Shown in pieces: positions 36,508-47,921 of a DNA stretch of 64,000 bases; the stretch's first letter is position 1; the number at the start of each line of letters is the position of its first letter. The notes below the pieces were generated by a model, which did no database searches, had not been told where the DNA came from, and saw nothing but the letters and a program-made list of their open reading frames with translations. Source of the stretch: Candidatus Altimarinota bacterium (GTDB lineage Bacteria > Patescibacteriota > Gracilibacteria > 1-14-2-50-48-13). The stretch is from contig JBKBWQ010000001.1 of assembly GCA_046314355.1 (NCBI GenBank), positions 1,056,001-1,120,000 of the forward strand, in the 5' to 3' direction. The position numbers were made by a program, and so were the translations under genes.

Positions 36508-37395
36508 TTATGCTGCATTCTGAGGAGGTCTCTGCTGTGGCGCTCTCTCTTTTTGAGGCTGCTGTTGTGGTCTTGGATGATGAGGTTTTGGTGCTGCAGG
36601 AGCCTGAGGATGCTGTGGTCGAGGCTTATTCGTATTTTGTGGAGCTTCTTCCTTATCAATTTTTAAAATAGTTTTAAGTTCCTGAAACATGCCTCTCATA
36701 CGCTCTATCTGTTCTTTCCGTGAAGCTTTGAGTTCTCGGATTGCACTCTGCTCCATTTTAATATTATCTTCGTGGATCTGAATCTCTCTGTCTATTTCTC
36801 CTTCTTCTTCTTCAAATCTCTGCTTTAATTCTGCAAGAAGATCATCAGATGTCTTTTTAGATGCAGAATCATCACTATACCCGGAGGACGTTGTATCATC
36901 TACTGAAGTATCCGCTGTATTTTCTACTGGAGTATCTTGCCATCCAGTATCTACTGGTGTTTCTTCCACTGGCGCAGCTTCTTCCCAAGGATTTGCTGTA
37001 ACGGCTGGTGTTGCGTTATCTACAGGTGCCTCCCATGGATTTGAAGGAGCAGATGTCGGTGGTACCACTGCAGAATCCCAAGGATTCACAGCTGATTCAG
37101 CCGTAGGTGCTGCTGGTGCTTCCCATGGATTTACAGGCTGTGCTGCAGTAGCTGGATCTGCTATTGGATCAGTAAAAGCAGTTGTTCCAAATGGATTGCT
37201 GTCAGGAATAGCAGTAGGGGTATCTCCAGCTGGGCTGAATGATAGCCATGGTGGAGTTGTGCTGCTGTCATCAGCAGGTGGATTGATTCCCTGTGAAGAT
37301 CCTCCCTGTCCTTGTGCGCTAGCATCAGTAAAAGGATTTGATGACTGCTGTCCGCCTGGCTGTGCACCTTGATTTGTATTTTGATCCATATGCAA
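36508..37395 (-). CDS. Disordered protein with NPW/NPF repeats and a coiled coil
   Basis: P/A/S/T-rich region with 4 NPW and 2 NPF; coiled coil; Q/P-rich tail. Confidence 0.75.
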   Translation of the reverse strand: MHMDQNTNQGAQPGGQQSSNPFTDASAQGQGGSSQGINPPADDSSTTPPWLSFSPAGDTPTAIPDSNPFGTTAFTDPIADPATAAQPVNPWEAPAAPTAESAVNPWDSAVVPPTSAPSNPWEAPVDNATPAVTANPWEEAAPVEETPVDTGWQDTPVENTADTSVDDTTSSGYSDDSASKKTSDDLLAELKQRFEEEEGEIDREIQIHEDNIKMEQSAIRELKASRKEQIERMRGMFQELKTILKIDKEEAPQNTNKPRPQHPQAPAAPKPHHPRPQQQPQKERAPQQRPPQNAA

Positions 37396-37447
37396 ATTTA
37401 AAGTAGGTAAATTTAGGATTCATAGTATAATAGCATAGCTTTATTTT

Positions 37448-38785
37448 ATGGGCAACAAAATGCTACAGGAAAAAATTGCTACTGTATTAGAAAGGTATAC
37501 ATATAAAGATGCTTCAATTATTGTAGGTGTCTCAGGAGGTGTAGATTCGGTTGTATTGCTGAATCTGCTTTTTAAAATAGGGTATACAAATATTATAGTT
37601 GCACATATAAACCACTCATTGAGAGATGAAGCAGTAGATGATGCTTCTTTTGTAAAGAAGACTGCATTAGAAATGAATTATCGATATGAAGAAAAAATAG
37701 TAGATCTTAAGAAAATTGCTTTTCATACAAAAGATAGTCTTGAAAATTCTGGAAGAAAAATACGATACGCATTTTTTGAAGAGCTGCGTATTGCGTCAAA
37801 GGGATCTCTGATTCTAACTGCCCACCATGCTGATGATCTTTTAGAATCAAAAATGATGCATCTGCTAAGAGGAAGCGGACTGAGAGGTCTGGAAGGGATA
37901 AAACTTTACGATGAAAAGAGATATCTGCTTCGCCCATTGTTGCATATAAAGAAAGAAGAGTTGAAGGAATTCGCTCTTGCAAACGCTCTTACATGGAAAG
38001 AAGATCAGACAAATACTGATACTTCCTTTTTGAGAAATAAGATACGTCATGATGTGATACCTCTCTGTCAGAGTATAAATCCTGCTGTAGATAGTGTATT
38101 TGATAGATTGTCTCAGCAAGCTCTTGAGATTGAAGATTTTTTATACCAAGAATTACTTTCCCGCATTGGAAGCCTTGAAGATGAACAGTATGTTTTTAAA
38201 AATCTTACTGAGCTTCCTGCAGTATTATTAAAAGAATTTATTGTAAGGAAAATCAGAAATAATGATGCTGAATTTATTATCACTACTGCTCATATTGAGA
38301 ATGTATTTACTCAATTTCTTCGTATGACGTCTGGACATACAATATCCTTTTCACCGGCTCTAGAGTGTGCGCGAAGTTTTGAAACTGTGTATATTAGCCC
38401 TTATAGAGCTATAGATCCTTTAGTAGAAGACACTGTATTAGATTTTAATATTTTTCCTGATAGTTTTTCTTTTGGAGAGATAAACTGCAGCATCTCAGCT
38501 GCCCCTACTGAACTTCAGATACTCAAAGAAAGTGCCGAAGCAGGAATTCTTGTAAGATTTCCAAAGGAGGGAGATAGAGTACTGCTCTCACATGGAGAGA
38601 AGCAGTTTCATAAACCTCTAAAAAAATACTTTATAGAAAAGAAAATTCCTGTAGAGTTAAGACACAAAATTCCTGTGTTAATATCCCATAAAACAGGAGA
38701 AGTGATTGCTCTTCTAGGTCAGCAGTCACTTGTAGTAACAACACAACCATCTATTTATCTTAAATGTGAGCATGCACATCGATAA
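37448..38785 (+). CDS. tilS: tRNA(Ile)-lysidine synthetase
   Basis: SGGVDS PP-loop, TAHHADD, LLRPLL, RNKIRH. Confidence 0.95.
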   Translation: MGNKMLQEKIATVLERYTYKDASIIVGVSGGVDSVVLLNLLFKIGYTNIIVAHINHSLRDEAVDDASFVKKTALEMNYRYEEKIVDLKKIAFHTKDSLENSGRKIRYAFFEELRIASKGSLILTAHHADDLLESKMMHLLRGSGLRGLEGIKLYDEKRYLLRPLLHIKKEELKEFALANALTWKEDQTNTDTSFLRNKIRHDVIPLCQSINPAVDSVFDRLSQQALEIEDFLYQELLSRIGSLEDEQYVFKNLTELPAVLLKEFIVRKIRNNDAEFIITTAHIENVFTQFLRMTSGHTISFSPALECARSFETVYISPYRAIDPLVEDTVLDFNIFPDSFSFGEINCSISAAPTELQILKESAEAGILVRFPKEGDRVLLSHGEKQFHKPLKKYFIEKKIPVELRHKIPVLISHKTGEVIALLGQQSLVVTTQPSIYLKCEHAHR

Positions 38786-39902
38786 ACCTCTGTATGTAAA
38801 CGGCTACTTCCTATCCCAGCCTTTTACAGGCACCGGCATTGTGACTATTGAGCATTTGAAAAATATTCGTAAGCTCTCTCCTAAAAGGAAGATTATCCTA
38901 CTCTTTCTTGAAGGACAGGTAGAGCATCCAGAAGAATTCGGTAAGACTTTTTCCTGCGATGTTCACGTAATGAAGCTCTCTTATAAGATTCCAGGATTCT
39001 TGCGTCGATTCATTTGGGAATATATTGCGATTCCGAGATTCTTCAGAGATAAAACACAAAGTACTTATTTTAGTACTTTCCTGCATCCTATGATGTCTTT
39101 TCCTGGAAAAGGAAATACATTCGCTATGATACTTCATGATATCTTTCCCTGGAAATATTCCGCTTACTCCACAAAGGCTACAAGAAAGCTCTATAATTTT
39201 CTTATGAAAAGGACTATTACAAATCCGAAGTTAACTCTGATTACTGTTTCAAACACATCACGCAGAGATATTATTTCTTATTTTCATTTAAAGAAGCCTG
39301 TTGAGGTAATAGTAAATGGAGTTGATCATGTAAAAGAGTATCCTCTTGAATCTTACATAGAAGTACAGGAAAAGTTTCACATACGGCGACCGTATATTTT
39401 TTATATGGGCGGATATGATACAAGAAAACGTATTGTTTTACTGATAGAAGCTTTCAAGATGCTAAGAAAAGAACATGCTGAATTGTTGCTTGTGCTGGGT
39501 GGTAATATTCATTATCAATCAAATCTTTATACGGATATCAAGGAGCTGCTTGATGGCTTGCCAGGAGTGATTCATACAGGGTTTTTATCCGCTTCTGATA
39601 TGAAATCTCTTTATCATTATGCGGCAGTTGTTGCACATCCTACCGCTGATGAAGGGTTTAATGTGGCGATTGGAGAAGCATTGATGGAAAAAGTACCTGT
39701 GCTAGCATCAGATATTCCGGTGCACCAAGAACTTTGGGGAAAATGGATTGAGCTTGTAGACTTTACAGATACACAAAAAGTATGTAAATTACTTGAAGAA
39801 ATAATATACTCCTCTAATTACGTGAGAAAAGAAATGACTAGCGAAGATGAACAAATCTTTGCCTGGAAACACAGTGCAGAACAGCTACTTCGTTTACTCT
39901 AA
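38772..39902 (+). CDS. Glycosyltransferase family 4 (GT-B)
   Basis: TGTG, LHDI, ITVS, NGVD, EGFNVAIGEA, SDIPVH. Confidence 0.88.
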   Translation: MHIDKPLYVNGYFLSQPFTGTGIVTIEHLKNIRKLSPKRKIILLFLEGQVEHPEEFGKTFSCDVHVMKLSYKIPGFLRRFIWEYIAIPRFFRDKTQSTYFSTFLHPMMSFPGKGNTFAMILHDIFPWKYSAYSTKATRKLYNFLMKRTITNPKLTLITVSNTSRRDIISYFHLKKPVEVIVNGVDHVKEYPLESYIEVQEKFHIRRPYIFYMGGYDTRKRIVLLIEAFKMLRKEHAELLLVLGGNIHYQSNLYTDIKELLDGLPGVIHTGFLSASDMKSLYHYAAVVAHPTADEGFNVAIGEALMEKVPVLASDIPVHQELWGKWIELVDFTDTQKVCKLLEEIIYSSNYVRKEMTSEDEQIFAWKHSAEQLLRLL

Positions 39903-39903
39903 T

Positions 39904-40449
39904 ATGCACCAAAATATTCCTCAGCCGCGACCTCTTGATGTAACCTTTGAAGGAAAATTTCCTGATGAGACAGTATACTATGTCTTTGAGAAACACTGGA
40001 TATCAGAGCTGCCTGAGTTGCTTACGCTGATATTTTTTTATATTGTGCCTACTATTGCCGCAATAGTTATCTCCTTTCTTGTGGAGATGCGCTATATCCC
40101 TTTGGTTTGGCTTTTGGCATCTTTTTATCTTATTATAACAGGTCTTCTTCTTTTGATCCGATGGCTCAATGAAGCTCTAGATCTTTTTGTACTTACAGAT
40201 AAAAGACTGATAGACATTACGCAACGTGGCTTTCTAAGCAGACAGACTACTGCAGCAAATCTTTCTCAAATACAGCACGTAACATATAAGCAGCGAGGTG
40301 TTGTAGATACGGTATTGAACTTAGGATATGTGGATGTACTTACTGCAGGATCTAATCCAGATATGGCTCTCGAATATATAGAAAACCCTGCTCAGGTAGC
40401 AGATATAATTCTAGACTTCGCTGTTGAGAAAACAAAGATACACCAATAG
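39904..40449 (+). CDS. Bacterial PH-domain membrane protein
   Basis: Two TMs followed by 'LTDKRLIDI.Q.G', 'IQHV', 'G.V.V.TAG'. Confidence 0.75.
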   Translation: MHQNIPQPRPLDVTFEGKFPDETVYYVFEKHWISELPELLTLIFFYIVPTIAAIVISFLVEMRYIPLVWLLASFYLIITGLLLLIRWLNEALDLFVLTDKRLIDITQRGFLSRQTTAANLSQIQHVTYKQRGVVDTVLNLGYVDVLTAGSNPDMALEYIENPAQVADIILDFAVEKTKIHQ

Positions 40450-40568
40450 TGTTGTATTGAGCTTTATATGTATTATGAATAGCATGAAATTTGTTTATTC
40501 TGCTTCTTTTGTGGTACAATTATGTGAAACATACTAATTCTGTTCACTTCCTTAAAATCTTTTCTTGT

Positions 40569-41963
40569 ATGAATATCACATTTCATGGAGCTGCTCGTAT
40601 GGTTACCGGTTCAAAACATTTACTTGAGGTAGATGGTCTTCGTATTTTGCTGGATTGTGGAATGTTCCAGGGGCATGACGATGAGGTACGAGAATGGAAT
40701 ACAAAGCTGCCAGTAGACCCTAAAACACTTGATTATATTATACTTTCGCACGCTCATATAGATCATTCAGGTCTGATACCTTATTTTATCAAACAGGGAT
40801 TTAAAGGGCAGATCGTCTGTACCTTAGCAACAAAAGATCTTGTATCTATTATGCTTGAGGATAGCGGAAAAATTCAGGAACATGATGCTCAGTTCATGAA
40901 TGAGAAAATCGACCGTCATCATTTGGACAAACCAAAAATTGAACCTCTCTACAACGCTGCTGATGCCATTGCTTCAGTAAAATACTTTCTTGGTGTAAAC
41001 TACAACTCTCCATTCCAGCTCTCACCTAATGTCTCAGTAACCTTTCAGGATGCAGGACATATTCTAGGTTCTTCAATAGTTGAGATACGCGATAATACTC
41101 AAGGAAAAAAGCTTGTATTTACAGGAGATCTTGGACGAAAAGGACTGCCTATTCTGAAAGATCCAGTGCAGATTCAAGAAGCTGATTACCTGATCACTGA
41201 AAGTACTTACGGCAATCGTGTCCATGACACAGTGGCAGATATGGAAATCTCTATTAAAAAAGTGGTGGAAGAGACTGTAGCTAGAGGAGGAAAAATCATC
41301 ATCCCATCTTTCTCTGTAGGTCGAACTCAGGAGATAGTATATATTCTACACCTGCTATGGGAAAAGAAAGAGATACCTGCAATTCCTATCTATGTGGATT
41401 CACCGCTTTCAAAAAAAGCCACTGAGGTATTTCAGAGACATCCTGAATGTTATGATGTTGAAACATATCAGACATTTCTTATGGACTCAGTAAATCCTTT
41501 TGGATTTCAAAGTCTCACATATATCTCTGAAGTAGCAGAATCAATTGCGCTCAATGATCTTCATCAGCCTGCAATTATTATTTCCTCTTCTGGTATGTGT
41601 GAGAATGGAAGAATTCTTCACCACCTAAAGAAAAATCTTCCAAATCCGAATAATACAATCTTAATCGTAGGATATCAGGCTCAAGGTACTCTTGGTCGAA
41701 GACTTGTGGAAGGAGCTTCGCAAGTGACTATACATGGAAAAATGAGACCTGTGGAGGCAGACATTGTGGTACTTAACTCTTTTTCTGCACATGCGGATAA
41801 GGATGAACTTTTTGAATTCGCGACACATATTAAAGGTCTAAAAAAGGTCTTCCTAGTACATGGAGAAGATGCGCAGTCTTTACCGTTTGCGGAGCGCCTA
41901 AAAACTGAAGGTCACATCCCAGAAGTAGAGGTGCCTTTTAAGGGGCAAAAGTGTGAACTCTAG
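40569..41963 (+). CDS. MBL/beta-CASP RNA-processing ribonuclease
   Basis: VTGSKH, SHAHIDHSG, AGHILGS, ESTYG, FSAHAD, VHGE. Confidence 0.93.
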   Translation: MNITFHGAARMVTGSKHLLEVDGLRILLDCGMFQGHDDEVREWNTKLPVDPKTLDYIILSHAHIDHSGLIPYFIKQGFKGQIVCTLATKDLVSIMLEDSGKIQEHDAQFMNEKIDRHHLDKPKIEPLYNAADAIASVKYFLGVNYNSPFQLSPNVSVTFQDAGHILGSSIVEIRDNTQGKKLVFTGDLGRKGLPILKDPVQIQEADYLITESTYGNRVHDTVADMEISIKKVVEETVARGGKIIIPSFSVGRTQEIVYILHLLWEKKEIPAIPIYVDSPLSKKATEVFQRHPECYDVETYQTFLMDSVNPFGFQSLTYISEVAESIALNDLHQPAIIISSSGMCENGRILHHLKKNLPNPNNTILIVGYQAQGTLGRRLVEGASQVTIHGKMRPVEADIVVLNSFSAHADKDELFEFATHIKGLKKVFLVHGEDAQSLPFAERLKTEGHIPEVEVPFKGQKCEL

Positions 41964-42583
41964 TGATCAGAGCGTAGCTCATCAATGATTTCTTGGAGTC
42001 TTTTAAGGGAACGATGGACAATGATCCGGATGTTCCCTTCTTTGATTTTAAGTATTTTTGAAATCTCAGTATAAGAGAGGTCCTCAAGATACTTCATTGT
42101 AATGACGCTTTTCCCAGGTTCGGCGAGTTTTTTTAGTGCATCTTTGAGCAGATCTGTATTAAGTGTATGTGTCAATTCTTCCTCAGGAGCAGCAATATCT
42201 GTATGCTCAGAGTCAGGTACCTCGAGACTGTCATCAAGAGAGATAGTGATCTTTTTTGTCCGGTAGTAGTCAATAATCGTACGGTGAGCGATAGTAAACA
42301 ACCAGGATCTGAATTTACCCTCCTGATCTCCCTGAAATGAAGAGAGCTTTTCCCAAACCTTTATAAAAATGTCAGATGTAACATCGCTTGCATCCTCTTC
42401 TGCAACCTTAAAATAGACATACCTATAAATATCATTTATGGCTGAATCGTAGATATGTGCAAATGCATCTGCATCTCCTTGCTTTGCTTTAGAGATCCAG
42501 AGCATTAATTCACTCACTTCCTCTTTATCTTCTTGAACCTCTCCATGAGTAGAGGTGCGTAAATGTAAGGTTTGGTCGAGCAT
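41960..42583 (-). CDS. ECF sigma-70 factor
   Basis: Region 2 'FRSWLFTIAHR.IIDYYR'; region 4 'LSYTEISKIL...G....HR'. Confidence 0.92.
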   Translation of the reverse strand: MLDQTLHLRTSTHGEVQEDKEEVSELMLWISKAKQGDADAFAHIYDSAINDIYRYVYFKVAEEDASDVTSDIFIKVWEKLSSFQGDQEGKFRSWLFTIAHRTIIDYYRTKKITISLDDSLEVPDSEHTDIAAPEEELTHTLNTDLLKDALKKLAEPGKSVITMKYLEDLSYTEISKILKIKEGNIRIIVHRSLKRLQEIIDELRSDH

Positions 42584-42645
42584 GTACTATGAGTATTAGT
42601 ACCCTCATTATAGAAGTTTTTATTTGTTTGGGAAGGTGACATGGA

Positions 42646-42790
42646 AAGTAATTGGGAAATAAGTAATGAAGTCATTGGACTCTAATCATTGAACTCAATA
42701 ATTGGGCGCGCATAATTAAGCTCAATGATTAGAGCCCAATAATGTGCACCCAGTTATTGAGCTCCAATTCCTTAATTCCTCCCGTACTTT
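42646..42790. repeat. Composite palindromic intergenic repeat
   Basis: Array of 13-14-nt units (cattggactc, aattgggcgc, attaagctca, ttattgagctc) with agtaat/attcc arms. Confidence 0.78.
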
Positions 42791-42870
42791 TTACTCTCTC
42801 ACATTTCTGCTTCCATTTTTACTGATCTTCACTATACTTTTTACACGTCTTATTTTGTTTTGCGTGCCAT

Positions 42871-45396
42871 ATGTCCCAGCAAGAAGATCCAATACTACCA
42901 GAAGAAAATATTCCAAATGAAGAAATACCAATAAATGCTGCAATTCGTCCAAGAGAAATCATAAAGGAGATGCAGGAGTCATATCTTGACTATGCAATGA
43001 GTGTAATTGTCTCTCGTGCTCTTCCAGATATCCGTGATGGTATGAAACCGGTACAGAGAAGAATTCTTTATACTATGCACGCGATGAGCTTAAGTGCTGG
43101 TTCTAAGTATAAAAAGTCTGCCAGAGTAGTCGGAGACGTAATGGGTAAATTTCATCCGCATGGAGACAGCTCAGTATACGAGGCTATGGTAAGACTTGCA
43201 CAGCCTTTTGCTTTAAGATACCCACTAGTAGATGGACAGGGTAACTTTGGATCTATCGATGGAGATCCGGCAGCAGCACAGCGTTATACGGAGGTGCGTA
43301 TGACAAAGATTGCAGATGAAATGATTGCAGATATAGAAAAAGAAACAGTGCCATTCCGACCTAACTATGATGGATCAGAAGAAGAACCTATGGTGCTTCC
43401 AGGAAGATTCCCAAATCTTCTAGTAAACGGAAATATGGGTATCGCCGTAGGTATGGCTACAAATATGCCGCCGAATAATCTTGGAGAAGTGATAGATGCC
43501 ATTTGTCTTCTATTGGATAATCCAGAGGCAGGGGTAGATGAAATAATGGAAATTATTCAGGGACCAGACTTTCCTACATACGGTATTATTTATGATCGTG
43601 AACAGATCAAGACTGCCTATGCGACTGGAAGAGGAAGTATTCTTATGCGCTCAAGAGCACTGATTGAAGAGACAAAGTCAGGTAAACCTCAGATCGTAGT
43701 AACAGAGCTTCCATATCAGGTGAATAAGGCAAACATGGTTGAAAAAATAGCTATGCTTGTACGAGATAAAAAGATCGTAGGTATTACGGATATACGTGAT
43801 GAATCAAATAAAGAAGGTATCAGAGTAGTCATTGAGATGAAGAGAGATGCTCAGCCAAAGAAAATTCTCAATCAGCTGTATCAAATGACGCAGATGCAGA
43901 CAAGTTTCGGAGTGAACTTAATCTCTTTGATTGATGGTATTCAGCCGCAGCTTTTGAATATAAAGGATCTTTTAGAGCATTTTATTGCTCATAGAAAAAT
44001 AGTAATACGAAAGCGTACGGAGTATGAGCTTCGCCAAGCTGAGGATAGATATCATATATTGGCAGGTTTGAAGATTGCTCTTGATAATATCGATGAGGTA
44101 ATTCGGATTATCCGTGCTGCCGCAACTCAAGAACAGGCAAAGATTGACTTGATAGCATCATTTCAGCTTTCAGAAAGACAGGCAGATGCAATTCTTGCGA
44201 TGCAGCTTAGAAGACTTGCTGGTCTTGAAAGAAAGAAGATTGAGGATGAAATGAAGAGTCTCGAACTTATTATTGCAGAACTTAAATCAATCCTTGCAGA
44301 TGTTCAGAGAATTATTGAAATTATCCGAAAGGAATCTTTAGAGATTAAAGATAAGTATGGAGATGCTCGAAGAACTCAGGTGATTTCTTCTGCTCTTGGT
44401 AAGTTTAAACTTACGGATACTATTCCGGATGAAGAAGTAATCGTAACTCTTACAAAGGAAAACTATATTAAGCGTTTGCCGCTTAATACTTTCCATTCTC
44501 AAAAACGCGGAGGAAAAGGAGTAGTGGGAATGACTACGAAAGAAGAGGATGAGATACATATGATTGTATCCACAATGACGCATAATCAGCTTCTCTTCTT
44601 TACGAATACAGGACGAGTATTCAAACTTCCGGTCTATGAGATAGATCAGGCATCACGTCAAGCAAAGGGACAGGCGGTTGTAAATCTTCTCAATCTCCGA
44701 CCAGAGGAGAAAATAGTGAGTATTCTTGATATTGCAGAGAAAAAAGATGCAAAAAATCTTTTCATGTCCACAAAACTTGGAACAGTAAAGAAGACTGACC
44801 TTGAGGAGTTTAAGAATATTATGAGCAAGGGAATCATTGCCATAAAGATTAAGGAAGATGATGAGCTTCTTTGGGTAAAAGCTACAACTGGACAAGATGA
44901 AATTGTCATTATTACTGAAAAAGGACAGAGTATACGATTCTCAGAGGATGATGTAAGACCTATGGGGCGAGCTTCATCAGGAGTAAGAGGTATCAAACTT
45001 AAGGGTACGGATTCTGTTGTAGAGATGGATACTGTTACAAATGACAAGGGACATGTTCTCATCATTACTCAGAACGGTATGGGTAAAAAGACAAAGCTTG
45101 GTGAATACCGTCTCCAGACTCGAGGTGGTTCTGGTATCAAGACAGCTATGATTACTTCACGAACAGGATCAATACTTGGAGCAAAGGTAGTAACTCACGA
45201 TTCTACAGGAGATCTTCTTCTTATCTCTAGTAGAGGACAGATGCTTCGTATTAGTCTCAAAGATCTTCCTGAAAGAGGAAGAGTAACACAGGGTGTCTTT
45301 ATCATGAGATTTAGAGAGAAAGGTGATGTTGTGGCAAGCATGTCTATGGTTGCTAAGGATGAGACTCCTCCGCCAGATCCTGAAGATAACGAATAA
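42871..45396 (+). CDS. gyrA: DNA gyrase subunit A
   Basis: [29 protein letters not shown], GyrA-box QKRGGKG. Confidence 0.98.
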   Translation: MSQQEDPILPEENIPNEEIPINAAIRPREIIKEMQESYLDYAMSVIVSRALPDIRDGMKPVQRRILYTMHAMSLSAGSKYKKSARVVGDVMGKFHPHGDSSVYEAMVRLAQPFALRYPLVDGQGNFGSIDGDPAAAQRYTEVRMTKIADEMIADIEKETVPFRPNYDGSEEEPMVLPGRFPNLLVNGNMGIAVGMATNMPPNNLGEVIDAICLLLDNPEAGVDEIMEIIQGPDFPTYGIIYDREQIKTAYATGRGSILMRSRALIEETKSGKPQIVVTELPYQVNKANMVEKIAMLVRDKKIVGITDIRDESNKEGIRVVIEMKRDAQPKKILNQLYQMTQMQTSFGVNLISLIDGIQPQLLNIKDLLEHFIAHRKIVIRKRTEYELRQAEDRYHILAGLKIALDNIDEVIRIIRAAATQEQAKIDLIASFQLSERQADAILAMQLRRLAGLERKKIEDEMKSLELIIAELKSILADVQRIIEIIRKESLEIKDKYGDARRTQVISSALGKFKLTDTIPDEEVIVTLTKENYIKRLPLNTFHSQKRGGKGVVGMTTKEEDEIHMIVSTMTHNQLLFFTNTGRVFKLPVYEIDQASRQAKGQAVVNLLNLRPEEKIVSILDIAEKKDAKNLFMSTKLGTVKKTDLEEFKNIMSKGIIAIKIKEDDELLWVKATTGQDEIVIITEKGQSIRFSEDDVRPMGRASSGVRGIKLKGTDSVVEMDTVTNDKGHVLIITQNGMGKKTKLGEYRLQTRGGSGIKTAMITSRTGSILGAKVVTHDSTGDLLLISSRGQMLRISLKDLPERGRVTQGVFIMRFREKGDVVASMSMVAKDETPPPDPEDNE

Positions 45397-45419
45397 TATT
45401 CTTAATATCTCTACCTTCC

Positions 45420-46733
45420 ATGAAAATCCATTCTCGTATTGCAGGTGTAGGCGCATTTATCGGAAAAGTAGCCGGAAGGATACAGAAAATGCGCTCTCAT
45501 GTTGCAGAGCTGAAGCAGAAAAGAGAAAAACAGCATATCAAAGAGGTAGTTGCAGAACTACCTCGTTCAGAGGAAGATAAACCGCAATTTCCAGCACGGC
45601 TGCAGGTAGATATCACTGTTACAAGTGTGATCAAAGCTGCAGTGGCAATGATACTTGTGTTATTATTTTTCTACTTTCTCTATCTTATTGGAGACATTCT
45701 TGCGATCTTTCTTGTCTCTGCGCTCTTAGCTGCAGCGCTGAATCCTGTAGTAGACAGGTTGGAAAAGAACAAGGTTCCAAGAGGCATAGGTGTAGTTTTA
45801 AGCTATATTGTACTTCTCATTGTTGTTACGATAGTTGTCCTTGCAGTAGTACCGATGCTTGCTTCTCAAGGGGAGAAGCTTATACAGACACTTATTAGAT
45901 TCTTTCAAAATATTGCGAATGAAGGAGTATCAAGTATCCCAATACCTTTTCTTCCTTCCAGTACAGAAGGCTGGCTTATAGATCGTATCAATGAATTTAG
46001 ATCAAATATTAACGTTGATCTTATCTTCAATCAGATGCAGGACTGGCTTCTACAGAATCAGGGAGCAATAAAGGATAATCTTCAGCAGGTTGCAACAAAC
46101 TTTTTAGGGGTAGTAAACGGAGTATTTAACGGGCTTACAAATGTGGTGCTCGTCATGTTCTTTACTTATTTTCTTGTGGCGGATAAAGAGAATATTAAGA
46201 AATACTGCCTTGCGCTCTTCCCTTCTTCATATAGAGATTATTTAGGTATCAAGCTCCACGATATACAGTTTAAAGTTGGTGCATGGGTACGAGGGCAATT
46301 ACTTCTTGGATTTACTATAGGTCTCTCCACATATGTTGGACTTTGGATCCTATTTATTTTTGGTATAGATATTCCCTACAAGGAAACTTTAGCAATCATT
46401 GCAGGTCTTACGGAACTAATACCGGTTATAGGACCTATTATTGCTGCTATATTCGGTATACTAGTGGCTGCAAATGTAGGTACCGTACCAACAATAGCGG
46501 TACTTATCCTCTTTACGCTTATTCAGCAGCTTGAGAATAATATACTCGTTCCAGTAATCATGAATCATGCAGTAGGATTAAATCCAATAGTGATTATTAT
46601 CGGTATGACTGTTGGTGCAAAGTTCTTTGGATTATTTGGACTAATACTTGCTATTCCTTTAATTACGGTAATGTCACTCTTTGTAGATGACATTATTGCG
46701 AGAAACAGTATGCGTATTGATAGAAAATCCTAA
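45420..46733 (+). CDS. AI-2E family transporter
   Basis: 'WVRGQL', 'IPVIGP', 'QQLENNILVP', 'G.FGLILAIP'. Confidence 0.9.
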   Translation: MKIHSRIAGVGAFIGKVAGRIQKMRSHVAELKQKREKQHIKEVVAELPRSEEDKPQFPARLQVDITVTSVIKAAVAMILVLLFFYFLYLIGDILAIFLVSALLAAALNPVVDRLEKNKVPRGIGVVLSYIVLLIVVTIVVLAVVPMLASQGEKLIQTLIRFFQNIANEGVSSIPIPFLPSSTEGWLIDRINEFRSNINVDLIFNQMQDWLLQNQGAIKDNLQQVATNFLGVVNGVFNGLTNVVLVMFFTYFLVADKENIKKYCLALFPSSYRDYLGIKLHDIQFKVGAWVRGQLLLGFTIGLSTYVGLWILFIFGIDIPYKETLAIIAGLTELIPVIGPIIAAIFGILVAANVGTVPTIAVLILFTLIQQLENNILVPVIMNHAVGLNPIVIIIGMTVGAKFFGLFGLILAIPLITVMSLFVDDIIARNSMRIDRKS

Positions 46734-46799
46734 GTGAGATCTCTCCTTCTTTTGAAATCTGTTGTATACTATATATGACAGATTTTTTTAACGATAAAT

Positions 46800-46985
46800 A
46801 TGACTATCTATAATTTCAAATGCACAGAGTGTAATCATCAATTTGAGCACCTGGCACTCCCGCCAGTAAAAGAAGAACTTGCAATTGCCTGTCCTTCATG
46901 CGATAGCGAAAGTGTAAAAAAGTTACTCGCTCCAGCTACTCCGGAAAGTGAAATAGATAAAAAAACTTCTCCTGAAATTAAGTAA
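46800..46985 (+). CDS. FmdB-family zinc-ribbon protein
   Basis: MTIYNFKCxxC.HQFE...CPxC. Confidence 0.85.
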   Translation: MTIYNFKCTECNHQFEHLALPPVKEELAIACPSCDSESVKKLLAPATPESEIDKKTSPEIK

Positions 46986-47869
46986 TGAATAGTTCTCTTT
47001 TTGCATTACTAAAAACAGCTCAGGAAAGTCTAATGGATGCAGAGATATCTGAACCTGAGATCTCTGCTAAATTCTTGCTTGCAGGAGTAATAGGTATAGA
47101 GCCAAAAGAGCTTATTTTTTATGATAAAGATGTATCAGATGAACAACGTTTGATTTTTGAAGAATACATAAAAGAACGACTCACGGGTAGACCTGTTGCA
47201 TATATTTTAGGAAAACAGAATTTCAGAGGACTAGATTTCTTTGTAAATGAATCTGTGCTTATTCCTCGTCCTGAGACCGAAGAACTAGTGGACTTAGCAT
47301 TAGAGTATCAAGATCATGGTACTATAGCTATCGATTTAGGAACTGGCTCAGGAAATATACCTATCTGTCTTCAAAAAGAAGGAACATGGAAAAAGGTATA
47401 TGGATTAGAGATAAGCAAAGATGCTTTGAAGATGGCAGAATCCAATGCTACAAATCTTGATACCGTGGTAACTTTCAAAGAATGTGATGTGACTTCTAGA
47501 GAATTTAAAATACTTCTTGAAGATATTGTTTCAAATTATCAGCCTTCCTCACTTTGTATTACTGCAAATTTGCCCTATATCTCGTCTCAGGAGAGAGACG
47601 AACTTGAAAAGGACGTAAGAGACTTTGAACCTCACATCGCGCTTTTTGGCGGCGAAATAGGAGATGAAATGATACTAAGCACAACGAAGACTATCTGGGA
47701 TGTGTGCAGTAGTCATTCTCTGCCTTTTTTTATGATTCATGAGCTTGATGATCAGATGTCTCTAAGGGTAAAAGAAAAAGTTGAAGCAATAACAGGAAGT
47801 ACATGGCAGGTTAGAAAAGATATTCAAAGTAAGTCACGTTTTCTTGTATTCAATACAATAGTGCATTGA
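46985..47869 (+). CDS. prmC: Release-factor glutamine methyltransferase
   Basis: PVAYILG, VLIPRPETEELV, DLGTGSG, ANLPY, EPHIALFGG. Confidence 0.93.
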   Translation: MNSSLFALLKTAQESLMDAEISEPEISAKFLLAGVIGIEPKELIFYDKDVSDEQRLIFEEYIKERLTGRPVAYILGKQNFRGLDFFVNESVLIPRPETEELVDLALEYQDHGTIAIDLGTGSGNIPICLQKEGTWKKVYGLEISKDALKMAESNATNLDTVVTFKECDVTSREFKILLEDIVSNYQPSSLCITANLPYISSQERDELEKDVRDFEPHIALFGGEIGDEMILSTTKTIWDVCSSHSLPFFMIHELDDQMSLRVKEKVEAITGSTWQVRKDIQSKSRFLVFNTIVH

Positions 47870-47893
47870 CAGTGTTTTTAATCTCCCTACAAT
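47866..47893 (+). promoter_or_regulatory. Sigma70 promoter of the 481-aa gene
   Basis: TTGACA-N16-TACAAT. Confidence 0.65.
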
Positions 47894-47921
47894 ACTCCCA
47901 AATCTACAACCTAAACTTTCC

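Noticed and set aside
41960-42583. ECF sigma factor and PrsW protease as one regulatory circuit
   Set aside because: They are 22 kb apart and no anti-sigma gene is adjacent; nothing in the sequence links them.
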